DNA of 64,000 nucleotides from the NCBI GenBank assembly GCA_964016885.1, contig OZ024741.1:59458001-59522000 (forward strand), written 5' to 3'. The stretch comes from Eledone cirrhosa (taxonomy: Eukaryota). The stretch's first letter is position 1. Every line of letters starts with the position of its first letter. The position numbers and the translations under genes were made by a program. Positions 1-15,239 of this stretch are shown one piece after another. The notes under the pieces are model-generated. The model worked only from the letters and a program-made list of their open reading frames with translations. It had not been told where the DNA came from and searched no databases.

Positions 1-1812
1 CCTCAGACAAAATACAATATAAACAGTTCTATAGATAAATAGATAAATAGATTCGACATACCGTACCAACATCTACTTGCATTTGAGAAGGTTGATTTGG
101 TTGTGACAAAATTGTACACAGAGAGAAAGAAAGAGAGAGAGAGAGAGAGAAAAAGAGAGAAAAAAGGAAAGAAAGACAGAAAACGAAGAAAAAGAAAAAG
201 AAGAAATGCATGGAACAAAATAGAGAGATGGAAAGATAGATAAAGAGAAGAACTTCATGTAAAGAAACAGAAAGAGAGATATATATATATAGAGAGAGGA
301 AATAGAGATAGATACATATATAGAAAGCTAGGTAGTGGAACGACTGTTGAATAACGTATCAATGATACATTTATTTGTTTATTTATTTATTTAGCTCTAG
401 TATTAATGTAAGGGAGATATATGGAGGGAAAACCAGCTGTTAAATAGGGAGAGAAAAAATATAGAGAGAGAAAAAAGAGAGAGAGAAAATTCAAAAACAT
501 CCAGAGACAAGCGAGGCGTACAAACCTCTGTTTTAATGTAGAGGTATTAGTAATTACAAAACCAGCCTCTGCATTGTAAATATCAGTATTCCTGAATGAG
601 ATATGTATCCACAATGTGTGAAAATTAATGATCTTATGTTTAGTTTTTAAAAAAATTCATATGTTTATGTGATAATTACAAACATCTATGTGAATGTACA
701 TGATCAATTCTGCAAACCCTAAGTTCACGGAAAGTATTCTCAATGCTGTGTAAAAATTTAAGTATACATATATGTGTATATAGAGTCAATATTACTATTT
801 CTGTCTCTACTCTACAAGATTATCTATCAAGCAAAGATAGAGCAGATTTCAATATACTAATAAAAATAAAAATAAAAAATAAAAATATATCGGAAACAAA
901 ACTAAACTAAAATAACAATAATAATAATAAGTAATAATAAAATAGAAAACTAAGAAATATTACGAAAGAGTATTACATATTAAAAATATTACATATTACA
1001 TATTAAAAAAAAAATTTACATATTAAAAATTTACATATTAAAAATATTAAAAATAAAACATTAGGAAATACTACAGTAATAAAAATAAAATAAAATAAAC
1101 CACAAAGATCAACCCTTCAAAATTAATTGACAATATATTGCCAAGTTCATTATAAACATCAGAGTCGAAAAACAGATAAAGCCAAAAATTATCTATCAAA
1201 TCGCATCTAGCAAAGATCATTTCAAAAAAGTATAGGATGCCCAATTTGGTCTACATGTGTTCTTATATTTAATATAGAAGTTTATCTAGTGTAACGTTTA
1301 TTCGAAATATTTGGAGCATCAACTTTTAGGATAGTTTAATTTTTCATGAAGAATGTTTAAATAAATAAAATAAAATAAAAATAAAAAGAGTAAAAAGAGA
1401 ATCAAAGATTTATCGGCTAGTTTCCCATATAATTATAAATCAAACTAAATATACTACATTTTAAATTTAAATTTATATTTAAACGTTGAGTTTAATCTAT
1501 GTTTGCAACAACTGAATAAATTTGTCCGTAGATTAAGGGAATTTTTAGATTTTAGTATAAAGAATATCTCCTCTGCGCAGAGGTCACATGTCTCAGAGGA
1601 TGAATTAAAAGGAATCCCTCTTGAGACTATATTCCAAGCCGTCGAATATCTAACGTTATCTAGCTTAAGTTGCCATAGTACGCCTGATAGTGCCGTTGAA
1701 GATTTTTTACTTGGATCTGTGAAAGAATTCTTGTGGTTATTATAGCGAAGTTTAAATTCCGTCGATGTGGAACCGACGTAGTTAAAAGAATTAGAGTCAG
1801 TATTAACATTAC
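1..1812 (-). mobile_element. Penelope-like element family A, copy 1 (5'-truncated: end of GIY-YIG ORF plus 3' UTR/pLTR, continues left of window)
   Basis: Colinear with copy 2 (9425-12391). 1454-1812 encodes the GIY-YIG end (YVGST...CDLC...CCKH). Bases 1-14 are the start of the minus-strand hammerhead (TATTTTGT CTGAGG). Confidence 0.9.
1454..1812 (-). pseudogene. C-terminal fragment of PLE-A GIY-YIG endonuclease
   Basis: Close match to 10826-11183, the 3' end of the 521-aa ORF. Confidence 0.85.
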
Positions 1813-1818
1813 TGTTAA

Positions 1819-2411
1819 TGGATGTTTTTGAATTTTCTCTCTCTCTTTTTTCTCTCTCTATATTTTTTCTCTCCCTATTTAACAGCTGGTTTTCCCTCCA
1901 TATATCTCCCTTACATTAATACTAGAGCTAAATAAATAAATAAACAAATAAATGTATCATTGATACGTTATTCAACAGTCGTTCCACTACCTAGCTTTCT
2001 ATATATGTATCTATCTCTATTTCCTCTCTCTCTATATATATATATCTCTTTCTGTTTCTTTACATGAAGTTCTTCTCTTTATCTATCTTTCCATCTCTCT
2101 ATTTTGTTCCATGCATTTCTTCTTTTTCTTTTTCTTCGTTTTCTGTCTTTCTTTCCTTTTTTCTCTCTTTTTCTCTCTCTCTCTCTCTTTCTTTCTCTCT
2201 GTGTACAATTTTGTCACAACCAAATCAACCTTCTCAAATGCAAGTAGATGTTGGTACGGTATGTCGAATCTATTTATCTATTTATCTATAGAACAGTTTA
2301 TATTGTATTTTGTCTGAGGAAGGCATAGCATATTGTTAATATGTTATCCCTGAAATATATATAATGAAATAAATATGGTTTTATAAATATAGTTTCCATT
2401 TATTTAATATT

Positions 2412-2412
<1 letters not shown>
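1819..2412 (+). mobile_element. Inverted partial pLTR of PLE-A copy 1
   Basis: 1819-2319 is the near-exact reverse complement of 1-503. Ends at a (TA)n array. Confidence 0.9.
2306..2371 (+). ncRNA. Type I hammerhead ribozyme, family A
   Basis: TATTTTGT-CTGAGGA-[agg.atagcatatt gtt aatatgttat.cct]-GAAA-TATATA-TA-ATGAAATA. Stem I has two G-U pairs, one of which is G-C in copy 2. Confidence 0.8.
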
Positions 2413-3398
<986 letters not shown>

Positions 3399-3592
3399 GA
3401 TAAATCTACCAAGAGTTTACGGTAGTGTCCAATCCGTATGAAGAACTCAATGTAATCCGGATATCATGGAAAGAAGAGATGCAATGAAAAATCACTTTCG
3501 GTGAAAGATAAACGGAATACAGAGTCAAGATAAAATATTAAAAAAATAATGAATAAAACAATGAAACAGTTCCTTATATTAAACAAAAAAAG

Positions 3593-3746
3593 TTCATTAT
3601 TTAACGATCGTTTCTAGGATATATATGTGTTAGAATTGGCATGCATATTCAACAGATCTATGTACAAAATTATACAAAATTATACAAACTATCAAAATTA
3701 AATATACATACCAACACATATATATGCCGTCTTCAGAAATAATGAA
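3593..3746 (-). ncRNA. Type I hammerhead ribozyme, family B (extended stem II)
   Basis: Reverse complement of 24382-24534 with a few substitutions. Confidence 0.8.
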
Positions 3747-4343
3747 ATATATTTATTGATAATAACAACAATTCAAAATTACAGGTCTGTTTGGGAACAG
3801 AGTTAAAATTGACCAATGAAAACACAAAAAGTTTATACAGTTAGGTGTGTGTATATATGTAAGTAACTTCGTTTACAGATATGCATAAAAATATATGTTC
3901 ACATGCATACGCATGCCGAAAAGATGTATGTAAATACAAAAATTCAAGGCTAATGTCTCTGTATGTTTATAATCTACAGATAAAATACGTATACGCATAT
4001 AAACATATAAATATAAAAATAAATATATACACACATTCATATACTCACACATATACGTACATTCACACACACACGCGCGTATACGCATAAACATACACAC
4101 AACCACGAACATGCATACACACACACACCCCCACACACATATATGTGTATATACTATTATCATAAGCATATGGACATTAATGCGCGCACATAAACACTGC
4201 CACACATATTTAGATCCAGATACAGAAAGTAGGTGGGGGGGGGGAGAAGAGGTCAGTATATAGCGGTGTCAGCAAACTGCCTATTTATAAATGTATCTAT
4301 AAATTTAGAAATAAAAAGAAAAAGAAAAAAGAAGTATATTAAG

Positions 4344-4404
<61 letters not shown>

Positions 4405-4438
4405 AAGTAAAATATAAAATATACATCGATATACATAC

Positions 4439-4475
<37 letters not shown>

Positions 4476-4682
4476 TATACATACATATACATAAACATAT
4501 ACATAAACACATACATACACATACATATACATACACACACCATATAAATACACATACACATACACGCACGCATACATATAGAGACACATACATATACACA
4601 TATAAATACATAGACATATACACATATACACACATATATATATAAACATACACACACACATATATATATATATACATTCACA

Positions 4683-4743
<61 letters not shown>

Positions 4744-4832
4744 CACATATCTACACACATATATAAACACACTCATGTATATACACACATACACATACAT
4801 ACCCACACATATATATATATATATATACACAT

Positions 4833-4863
<31 letters not shown>

Positions 4864-4868
<5 letters not shown>

Positions 4869-5122
4869 TGGCTGCCAACTCGTTTTCGAGTACGGCCACT
4901 ACTTTATATCCATGTAGGAGAACCCCTACTGATGCGCTGAACGAGTGTGACTTTTTAGTCCAGCCAGCGACTTGAAAGCTCTGGTACAAACACTACACTT
5001 GTGACAATTATTGACACATAGTGCTGGGCCCATGGTACCATGTGACGACAAATGCAGAGAGATCTCCAGATATAAAGCAATGCCTGTGCCGTGAAGCTTT
5101 TATAGTGAGCAAAGGCCCTGCA
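4864..5122 (-). mobile_element. 3' fragment of an RTE-derived element inserted in the PLE-B 3' UTR microsatellite
   Basis: Matches 52089-52345 and 54980-55240. Absent from the equivalent position of PLE-B copy 2. Confidence 0.8.
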
Positions 5123-5206
5123 CACATATATATATATACATACATACATACACACATATACACATACACATATACAAAGATATATATACATACACAAACA
5201 CATATA

Positions 5207-5251
<45 letters not shown>

Positions 5252-5539
5252 TATACATACATACACACATACATACTCATACATAGACATACATATATAC
5301 ACACATACATACACACATACATATACGCATATATACACATACATACACATCCATGTATGCGTATATACATACAAATACCACCACACGCTCACACAACTCA
5401 GACATACATAAATAAAGGGATATACATACACATATATACATATATAAATAGAGATACATATACACATATAAATATATACACACGTACACACACACACACA
5501 CACATACATACACATACATACACACATACATATATATAT

Positions 5540-5632
<93 letters not shown>

Positions 5633-5737
5633 TATACATATATATAAAAAAATAATAAAGAAATAAAAGAAATAAATAAATTAATTAATTAATACACAGT
5701 CAGACAAATATGCACACACATACATATACACATATAT

Positions 5738-5770
<33 letters not shown>

Positions 5771-5814
5771 CATACATATACATACATATATATATACACA
5801 TACACACATCAACT

Positions 5815-5898
<84 letters not shown>

Positions 5899-6012
5899 TC
5901 ACATATACATGCGCACATACGTACATATATACACATATACACATATACACATAGACGTATACATGTGCATACATATACATACACACATATACCCACATAA
6001 ATACATAGATAC

Positions 6013-6051
<39 letters not shown>

Positions 6052-6721
6052 CACATATATATATATATATACACACAATCATACACCCTTATTTACATGC
6101 GCACATATGTATTTTTATACTCACATACAAACACCCAAACATACATACCTACCTACATATACATACATACATCCACGCTTACAAATACAAATAATAATAG
6201 GGGGGGGAAGGGGATTATAGTAAATATAGGTTTCAAGAAACATAGAATATTAATCTGCATTTAGATCATAATATGCGTTTACATAGTAGTTTCAGTATTA
6301 GGAAATGTAAGAAAGAAGGCAAAATTATGCATTTTAATATAAGTAGACTATTAATTATAGGTTAACTAAATTAAAGATAGTTAATATATTGATTTCTAAG
6401 GTGTATACTACTTAGGTTTATAATATTTGAAGCGGAATTTTGAAGTTAAATAGTAGTAGAGTATTAATTATAGTATAACTAAATTAAAATTATTAACGTT
6501 ATGGTATCAATATTAGGAAATGAATTTAGTAATAGGGAAAAAAACAAATAAAGTATTACATCGGTAGTAGAATATAAATTATAGGTTAACTAAATTAAAA
6601 ATTATATATTAATTTCTATAGTATATGTTAATTAGGTTTATAATAATTAAAACAGATATTGTATTTTATCTATAGTAGAATATAATTATAGGTAAACAGA
6701 AATTAAAATTAATACATACAC

Positions 6722-6774
<53 letters not shown>

Positions 6775-7258
6775 CATATACACATACATATACATACTTT
6801 TTCAAAAATTGCAAAGAATATATTAACTAGGTATACATCCAAAACCTATCTCAGTCTATGATTACATGACACTCTGCAATCCATCTGTATTAGGATATTA
6901 ATTTTAAGCCAATTAAATTAAATTTTTAGGTTAACCAAATTTAAAACCAAATTATAAATATATTTCTAAAATGTACATTAATTAGGTCTATAATATTAAA
7001 AATTATTTCTCTGTCATTGAATACACGATATTTTGTTATATTTTATCTGTAAAGGAATTTTAATAAAAGGTTAAATAAATTAAAATTAATCTATAAATTA
7101 ATTTACGAAGTATATATTAGTAATATTTAAAATTTTTTCACAATTTATGATTACACAATATTTTATAATCTCATCTGTAGTAGAATTTTAATTAAATTAA
7201 ATTTATAGGTTAACTAACATTTAAATTAAATTATATATTAATTTCTAAAATAATGTTA

Positions 7259-8533
7259 TTAATTAGGTTTATAATATTTAAATGTTTTTCTTAGTTTATG
7301 ATTACACGATATAATTAATTCCTGTCGTTTATTTAATAGGATATCCTTAGATTTCATTATTTCAAATAGTTCTTGGGAACATAATCTACATTCATTTCTA
7401 TTATTTTGATAAGGGGTGGCTCTTTTGAGCACACTCCAGGTCATATCATATTCTATATTCTTATTTTTATAACTATTGATTTTTTCTGCTAGAGATGTTG
7501 TATTAGCCAGTGCGGCATTTTTAAAAAACTATGTTTGTGGGTATTAAACCTTACCTTAAAATTGTTAGAAGTAGCTCCTATATATGAGCAAATAGAATCT
7601 TTAGTTTTAACATTACATTTATAAACTATGTTGTTAACAAGACAATTTCCTTTTAATGGGCAGTTTGCTTTGTTTCTACAGTTACAACCTTTCGTTAATT
7701 CTGTATTTGAGGAGATATTATGGTTAGTTTGATGTATTGGTGGTATACTTATGGTATTCTTACATTTATATGCATTATAGGCACTTATATTTTGTTTTAT
7801 GTTATTTGTTGTTGAGTATGAGAATTTAACTGTAGACCTATTTAAGATTTGATGGTATTTGTGGTTTGGCGGGAAGTTTTTCTCTAGGATATAAAAAAAT
7901 TTTTTAGCAATATTATCCTTAATTTGTAAATTAAATGGAGCATTATACCAAGTAACTCGTCTATTACGGTTTCTATGTTGTTTATTATTTTTATAGGTTG
8001 TATCGTGATGTTTACTAGGAGGATTAATGTTAATGATCTCACCACGCACATTTTTAGTTAGATTTGTAGATTTAGGTGTTTTATCTTGTTTATTAGGAGT
8101 TTTAGTATTAACATTTATTAGAGTTGTATGATGAGTAGTTTTTTGAGAGTTACTATACTTTATATTAGAAGAGTTGTTGGTATTTTGGGGTATAGTGTGG
8201 GTGGCATTTAGGTGTGTACTTTTCATTTGATGTTTGTTGGTAATATTAGGTTGTATGTTTATAGTATTTTTAGTAGAAGGTATATATTCTAATCTATTTT
8301 TGTGGGCACTTCTATCTAGAGCTTCGTTATAGAAGGTCGCATTTTTATCAAATACATCTTGGTTAGAAGAAAGGTTAGAAATTCTAAGTGATATATTATA
8401 TGCAAGGTTTTTAAGGATAGATTTAGGGTGATTAGATTGTGAGTGTATGTAGTGTAAGTTTTAGTTGGGTTTATGGTAAGGTTGGTAGATACCCGTAGCT
8501 AAGTCTAAAGTTATATCTAGGAAATTTACTACT
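7259..8533 (-). pseudogene. PLE-B RT C-terminus plus GIY-YIG endonuclease, disrupted
   Basis: ORF pieces 8461-8533, 7489-8226 and 7259-7444. Stop at 8461 and frameshifts near 8305 and 7525. Confidence 0.9.
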
Positions 8534-8561
8534 CGAATATATATATATATATATATATATA

Positions 8562-8920
8562 TTCGGGTTTGAGGTTCACCACTGTATAGAGCTGGTCTAT
8601 TCCGTATGGTCAATCGTAATGCAATAATATAGAGAGTACTCAACGTAAAGCAGTTCAACCGTCTTTGTTTTTGTAGTTGGTGGTGCTATTACGGAGTTAA
8701 ATATTATAATGAAATGACAGTAGGCTGGATTTGTGTGAATCCTTGAAAGGTTTATTATACTATGATCATTTCAATGACCGGGTTCCGTATGAATCCGATG
8801 ATATCATCAGGTATTCGAAATATAATACGTGAATGTAATAGATAAAATCCATGGGGCTGAAAATCGAGCACGCGAGGGCGACTGCTATTCTGCTCCTTCA
8901 ACTTCAGCCGGTCGCCCTCG
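8562..8920 (-). mobile_element. Non-coding HHR-bearing PLE-type insert, family E
   Basis: Unique island between TA runs, carrying an HHR and a terminal hairpin at 8873-8920. Confidence 0.6.
8757..8814 (-). ncRNA. Type I hammerhead ribozyme, family E
   Basis: Minus strand: ATAC-CTGATGA-[tatcatcggattc atacg gaacccggtcatt]-GAAA-TGATCA-TA-GTAT, followed by AATAAA. Palindromic ATGATCAT. Confidence 0.7.
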
Positions 8921-9337
<417 letters not shown>

Positions 9338-9467
9338 GGAAAGTTATATTTAAATTGTTGGGTTAACAACGAGTAAATATTTATAACTGATATAAAAGCA
9401 CTCAACAAGTATTTGGAGTATATTTATGATATTAAATAAATGGAAACTATATTTATAAAACCATATT

Positions 9468-9533
9468 TATTTCGTTATATATATTTCAGGGATATCATAT
9501 TAACAATATGTTATGCCATCTTCAGACAAAATA
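9468..9533 (-). ncRNA. Type I hammerhead ribozyme, family A
   Basis: Reverse complement of 12651-12716. Confidence 0.8.
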
Positions 9534-9838
9534 CAATATAAACAGTCTTATAAATAAATAGATACGACATACCTTTCAATCACCTTGCATTTGGGAGGTT
9601 GATTTGGTAGTAAAAAATATTGTGGACAGTTGTAAAAAGAAAGAGATAAAGAGAGAAAGAAAGAGAAACGAAGAAAAAGAAGAAATGCATGTGACTAAAT
9701 AGAGGGATATAGAAAGATATATAAAAAGAAGAACTTCATGTAAAGAAACAGAGAGAAATATATATAGAGAGAGGAAAAAAGAAAGAGATAGATAGAGATA
9801 GATAGAGAAATTTGGAAGTTGAGTATCGGTTGATACAT

Positions 9839-9869
<31 letters not shown>

Positions 9870-10825
9870 GCTCTAGTATTAATGTAAAGAGAGATGTATG
9901 TAGTTAAGAGAGAAAATAGCCGTTATATAGAGAGAAAAAAGAGAAAATGAAAAAGAGAAAATGAAACATAACCAGACATAAACGATGCAGAATTTAAAAC
10001 CGCTATGTTTTATCCGTAGAAAATATTAGTTCGTATAAAACAGGCATTATAATGTAAGTACCAGTATTCATGAATGAGACATGTATCTATAATGTGTGAA
10101 AAGTAATGATCTTATGTCTAGTTTTTAAAAATTCATATGTTTATATCATAATTATAAACAAACTCCCAATTCACACGAAAACATTCTCATTGTACTATAA
10201 AAATTCAAGTATACATATATGTGTGTATATATACATATATATATATAGAGTCTATATTAATTTTAACAATACTATTCTTGTCTTTATTCTACCTGATTGT
10301 CGATCAAGCAGAAATAGAGAACAGATTTCAATATATTAATAAAAATAAAAATAAAAATATCAGAGTCAAGAAAATAAATAAATAAATAAACAGAAAACTA
10401 AAACATTTAATATTAAAAATAAAAAATATTATAAAATATTAAAAAATATTAAAAAATATTAAAAAATAATACAAATAAAACACAGAGATCAGCCTTTCAA
10501 AGTTAATTGACAATATATTGCCAAGATCATCATAAGCATCAGAGTCGAAACAGATAAAACAAAAATTGTTTACCAAATCCTGTCTAGCAGAAATCATTCC
10601 AAAAGTTTAGGATACCCATTTGGTCTACATATGTTCTTATATATAATATAGAAGTTTATCTAGTTTAAAATTTAATTCGATATATTTGGAGCATCAGCTT
10701 TTAGGGTAGTTTAATTATTCATGAAGAATGTTTTAATAAAAAGAATGTTTTAATAAAAAGAAGAAATCGAAAGATTTATCGGCTAGTTTCATAAATAATT
10801 ACAAATCAAATCAAAACAAACATAA

Positions 10826-12391
10826 TTACATTTTAAATTTAAATTTATATTTAAACGTTGAGTTCAATCTATGTCTGCAGCAACTGAATAAATTTGTCCG
10901 TAGATTAAGGGAATTTTTAGATTTTAGTATAAAGAATATCTCCTCCGCACAGAGGTCACATGTCTCAGAGGATGAATTAAAAGGAATCCCCCTTGAAACT
11001 ATATTCCAAGTCGTCGAATATCTAACGTTATCATGCCTAAGTTGCCAGAGTACGCCTGATAGTGCTGTTGAAGATTTTTTGGATGGATCTGTGAAAGAAT
11101 TCTTGTGGTTGTTATAGCGAAGTTTAAATTCCGTCGATGTAGAACCAACGTAGTTAAAAGAATTAACGTCCGTTTTAACATTACAGTTGTATATTATATT
11201 TTTAACTAAGCAGTTGTTATTTAACGGACATTTAGATCTATCTCTACAGTTACATTTGTTAACTTGGATATTATTTATGCTATTATCGCTAGGTTTTAAG
11301 TTCCTGTTATTTATTCTATTAATATTTTGCGCTAAATTTTTGGTGGATGAGTAGGTTAGTTTTATAGTATGTCTATTGAAAATTGAGTGATACCTATGTG
11401 TTCTAGGGAAGCGATTATCGAGAGCTTTAAAAAATAGTTTAGCAATGTGGGTTTTAATGTTTAGTGAGAAAGGGGGGGCAAACCATATTATATTCCTAGT
11501 TCTATTTCTTTTATGGCTTTTGGAATTATTGTAATGCTTTCTATTATAGTTGTTAAGGTTGTGGCCATAATTAAAATAGTTGTTATTTTGTTTAATTTGT
11601 TTATCATTATCTATGTACATAATTTTATCACTATATCCTGCTCTAGCTAACGCTTCATTGTAATAATGGGCTTTTTCGTCGAAAATCTTTTTATTAGATG
11701 AGATTCTAGAGATACGTGATTGAACAGAGTTTACTATAGTATTTTTAACAGATTTGGGGTGGTTAGAGTTAAAGCTGACATAGTTTAAGTTTTCATTCAA
11801 CTTGTGAAATGGATAGTGAAGACATGTGTTGAGATTTAATGTTATATCTAGGAAGTTGACTATTCTATGGCTATTCTCAATTTCTATTTTTAGATTAAAG
11901 TGATTAAAAAATTGTGTAATTTGTTTTCTTTTTCTATTTAGTTCAGAGTTATTATTATCAATAAGTAAAAGCATGTCATCTCTATATAAACCTCCGGTAG
12001 TACCAGGTATTTTCCTATGCAGCGAATTGATTAAAAATAAGCCCACAAGGTCAGTTACCTGAGCTGAGTCGGATGATCCCATAGTAATGTCAAAATTGTT
12101 ATCTCTATCTGCTCGGGTCCATAGTTGGTCATTAAATTCTATCAATGTTTTCCTAGCCGATAATATAATGTGCATTTCATTGCTAGTTAGGTCTGTATGT
12201 TTGAATGCGTAATTTAGTGCCTTATTTAGTAGATTAGGGGTAATGGAAGAATAATAGTTAGCAATATCAAGTTGAATAAACTTATTATTATTGTTATATT
12301 TAATTTGCTTAAACCACTCAACAACTTCACCAGTTCCCTTCCACAAGCTCAGGTTAGGTAAACAACTCAAGTTTTTAATTTGCTGTATCAC
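10826..12391 (-). CDS. PLE reverse transcriptase plus C-terminal GIY-YIG endonuclease (uninterrupted but N-terminally truncated; Hydra-clade-like)
   Basis: LDIANYYSSI (RT3), MGS (RT4), LYRDD (RT5), NFLDITL (RT7), SNHP, IIWFAPPF, CNCRDRSKC linker, IIY..YVG, R..NH, CDLC..E, LN.R, CRH. Confidence 0.9.
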   Translation of the reverse strand: MIQQIKNLSCLPNLSLWKGTGEVVEWFKQIKYNNNNKFIQLDIANYYSSITPNLLNKALNYAFKHTDLTSNEMHIILSARKTLIEFNDQLWTRADRDNNFDITMGSSDSAQVTDLVGLFLINSLHRKIPGTTGGLYRDDMLLLIDNNNSELNRKRKQITQFFNHFNLKIEIENSHRIVNFLDITLNLNTCLHYPFHKLNENLNYVSFNSNHPKSVKNTIVNSVQSRISRISSNKKIFDEKAHYYNEALARAGYSDKIMYIDNDKQIKQNNNYFNYGHNLNNYNRKHYNNSKSHKRNRTRNIIWFAPPFSLNIKTHIAKLFFKALDNRFPRTHRYHSIFNRHTIKLTYSSTKNLAQNINRINNRNLKPSDNSINNIQVNKCNCRDRSKCPLNNNCLVKNIIYNCNVKTDVNSFNYVGSTSTEFKLRYNNHKNSFTDPSKKSSTALSGVLWQLRHDNVRYSTTWNIVSRGIPFNSSSETCDLCAEEIFFILKSKNSLNLRTNLFSCCRHRLNSTFKYKFKFKM

Positions 12392-12407
12392 CCTGTATCA
12401 CCCTATC

Positions 12408-12765
12408 TTCCTCTCTCTATATATATTTCTCTCTGTTTCTTTACATGAAGTTCTTCTCTTTATCTATCTTTCTATATCCCTCTATTTAGTCACATGCATT
12501 TCTTCTTTTTCTTCGTTTCTCTTTCTTTCTCTCTTTATCTCTTTCTTTTTACAACTGTCCACAATATTTTTTACTACCAAATCAACCTCCCAAATGCAAG
12601 GTGATTGAAAGGTATGTCGTATCTATTTATTTATAAGACTGTTTATATTGTATTTTGTCTGAAGATGGCATAACATATTGTTAATATGATATCCCTGAAA
12701 TATATATAACGAAATAAATATGGTTTTATAAATATAGTTTCCATTTATTTATATTTAATATCATA
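12408..12765 (+). mobile_element. Inverted partial pLTR of PLE-A copy 2
   Basis: Reverse complement of 9425-9776. Junction has a CTGTATCACC x2 duplication. Confidence 0.9.
12651..12716 (+). ncRNA. Type I hammerhead ribozyme, family A
   Basis: TATTTTGT-CTGAAGA-[tggcataacatatt gtt aatatgatatccct]-GAAA-TATATA-TA-ACGAAATA. Confidence 0.82.
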
Positions 12766-12787
12766 TATATTTATATATATATATATT

Positions 12788-12844
<57 letters not shown>

Positions 12845-12847
12845 ATT

Positions 12848-12940
<93 letters not shown>

Positions 12941-12943
12941 ATT

Positions 12944-12976
<33 letters not shown>

Positions 12977-12994
12977 AGCCACACATATATAGCC

Positions 12995-13739
12995 AAACGA
13001 CATTGAATACTACTTCCGGGTAGTATTCAATGTCGTTTCGCGAAACGTAACAGCCTCTTGTATTGAACTAAAGAACATCGGACTACGATTCTCTAACTGG
13101 ATTGTCAAACGCTCAATATAGAATTGCCGTGGATTATGTGAGGGGCATTTAATCGAAGAATACACTCCCTGACCATGAAAATGTCGAAGTACATGAGGTC
13201 CTTGTCATCCCTTCGCTGTGCATCTCCAATACGTTTAATACTTTTAATGCTTGCACTATTTTTAATGCTTATATCTTTTCTCCACACACGGACTATGACA
13301 ATCATATAAAGAATTTCCCACCAGATCAACCAACCTAACACTCTTCTTTACCTACCTAAGTGCTCCTACCACACATATCTCTCTGCCACACTATATAAAC
13401 AAGACGCACGTGCTTGCCACACATATAACATTTGCACTATATAACCGCTTATCTTCATGTTGTATTTTAACCTGTATTTTTGAATTTTATTGTACCTTTT
13501 ATTGTGAATGTAATCTCGAAGTGTGTACTGCCACTCTAAATGATGTAATGAATGTTGACCCACAATATTTACATATGTATCGGTATGTCTCTTGGCTGAA
13601 AAGGAGGTCATATAACTGTCCATTCATTAATAAATTGCTCCGAAGAATCCAAACCTCGGTTTGGAGGAAACAGCTGTAAGCACAATAATGTTTTTAACAG
13701 TTCTTTGATTCTTATATTTCATATATTTCATATATCTCA

Positions 13740-13740
<1 letters not shown>
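12995..13740 (+). mobile_element. Non-coding HHR-bearing element family C, copy 1
   Basis: Colinear with 16840-17547. 19-bp fold-back at the 5' end, flanked by TA arrays. Confidence 0.75.
13636..13682 (+). ncRNA. Type I hammerhead variant (CCGAAGA core), family C
   Basis: TGCT-CCGAAGA-[a tccaaacc tc ggtttgga g]-GAAA-CAGCTG-TA-AGCA. Palindromic ACAGCTGT. Confidence 0.72.
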
Positions 13741-15015
<1,275 letters not shown>

Positions 15016-15172
15016 ATGAGATATATGAAATATATGAAATATAAGAATCAAAGAACTGTTAATATATATATATTAATATATATATATATTAATATATATA
15101 TATATTAATATATATATATATATTAATATATATATATATATTAATATATATATATATTAATATATATATATA

Positions 15173-15236
<64 letters not shown>

Positions 15237-15239
<3 letters not shown>

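Larger units (their letters stand above)
3531..8533 (-). mobile_element. Penelope-like element family B, copy 1 (5'-truncated, about 3.7 kb 3' UTR including an RTE-derived insert)
   Basis: Reverse complement of about 20283-24597. ORF pieces VNFLDITLDL, WYNAPF, CNCRNKANCPL, YIGAT, CRLC. Confidence 0.9.
9425..12391 (-). mobile_element. Penelope-like element family A, copy 2 (5'-truncated)
   Basis: 521-aa RT+GIY-YIG ORF followed by a 1.4 kb 3' UTR/pLTR with an HHR. Confidence 0.93.
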
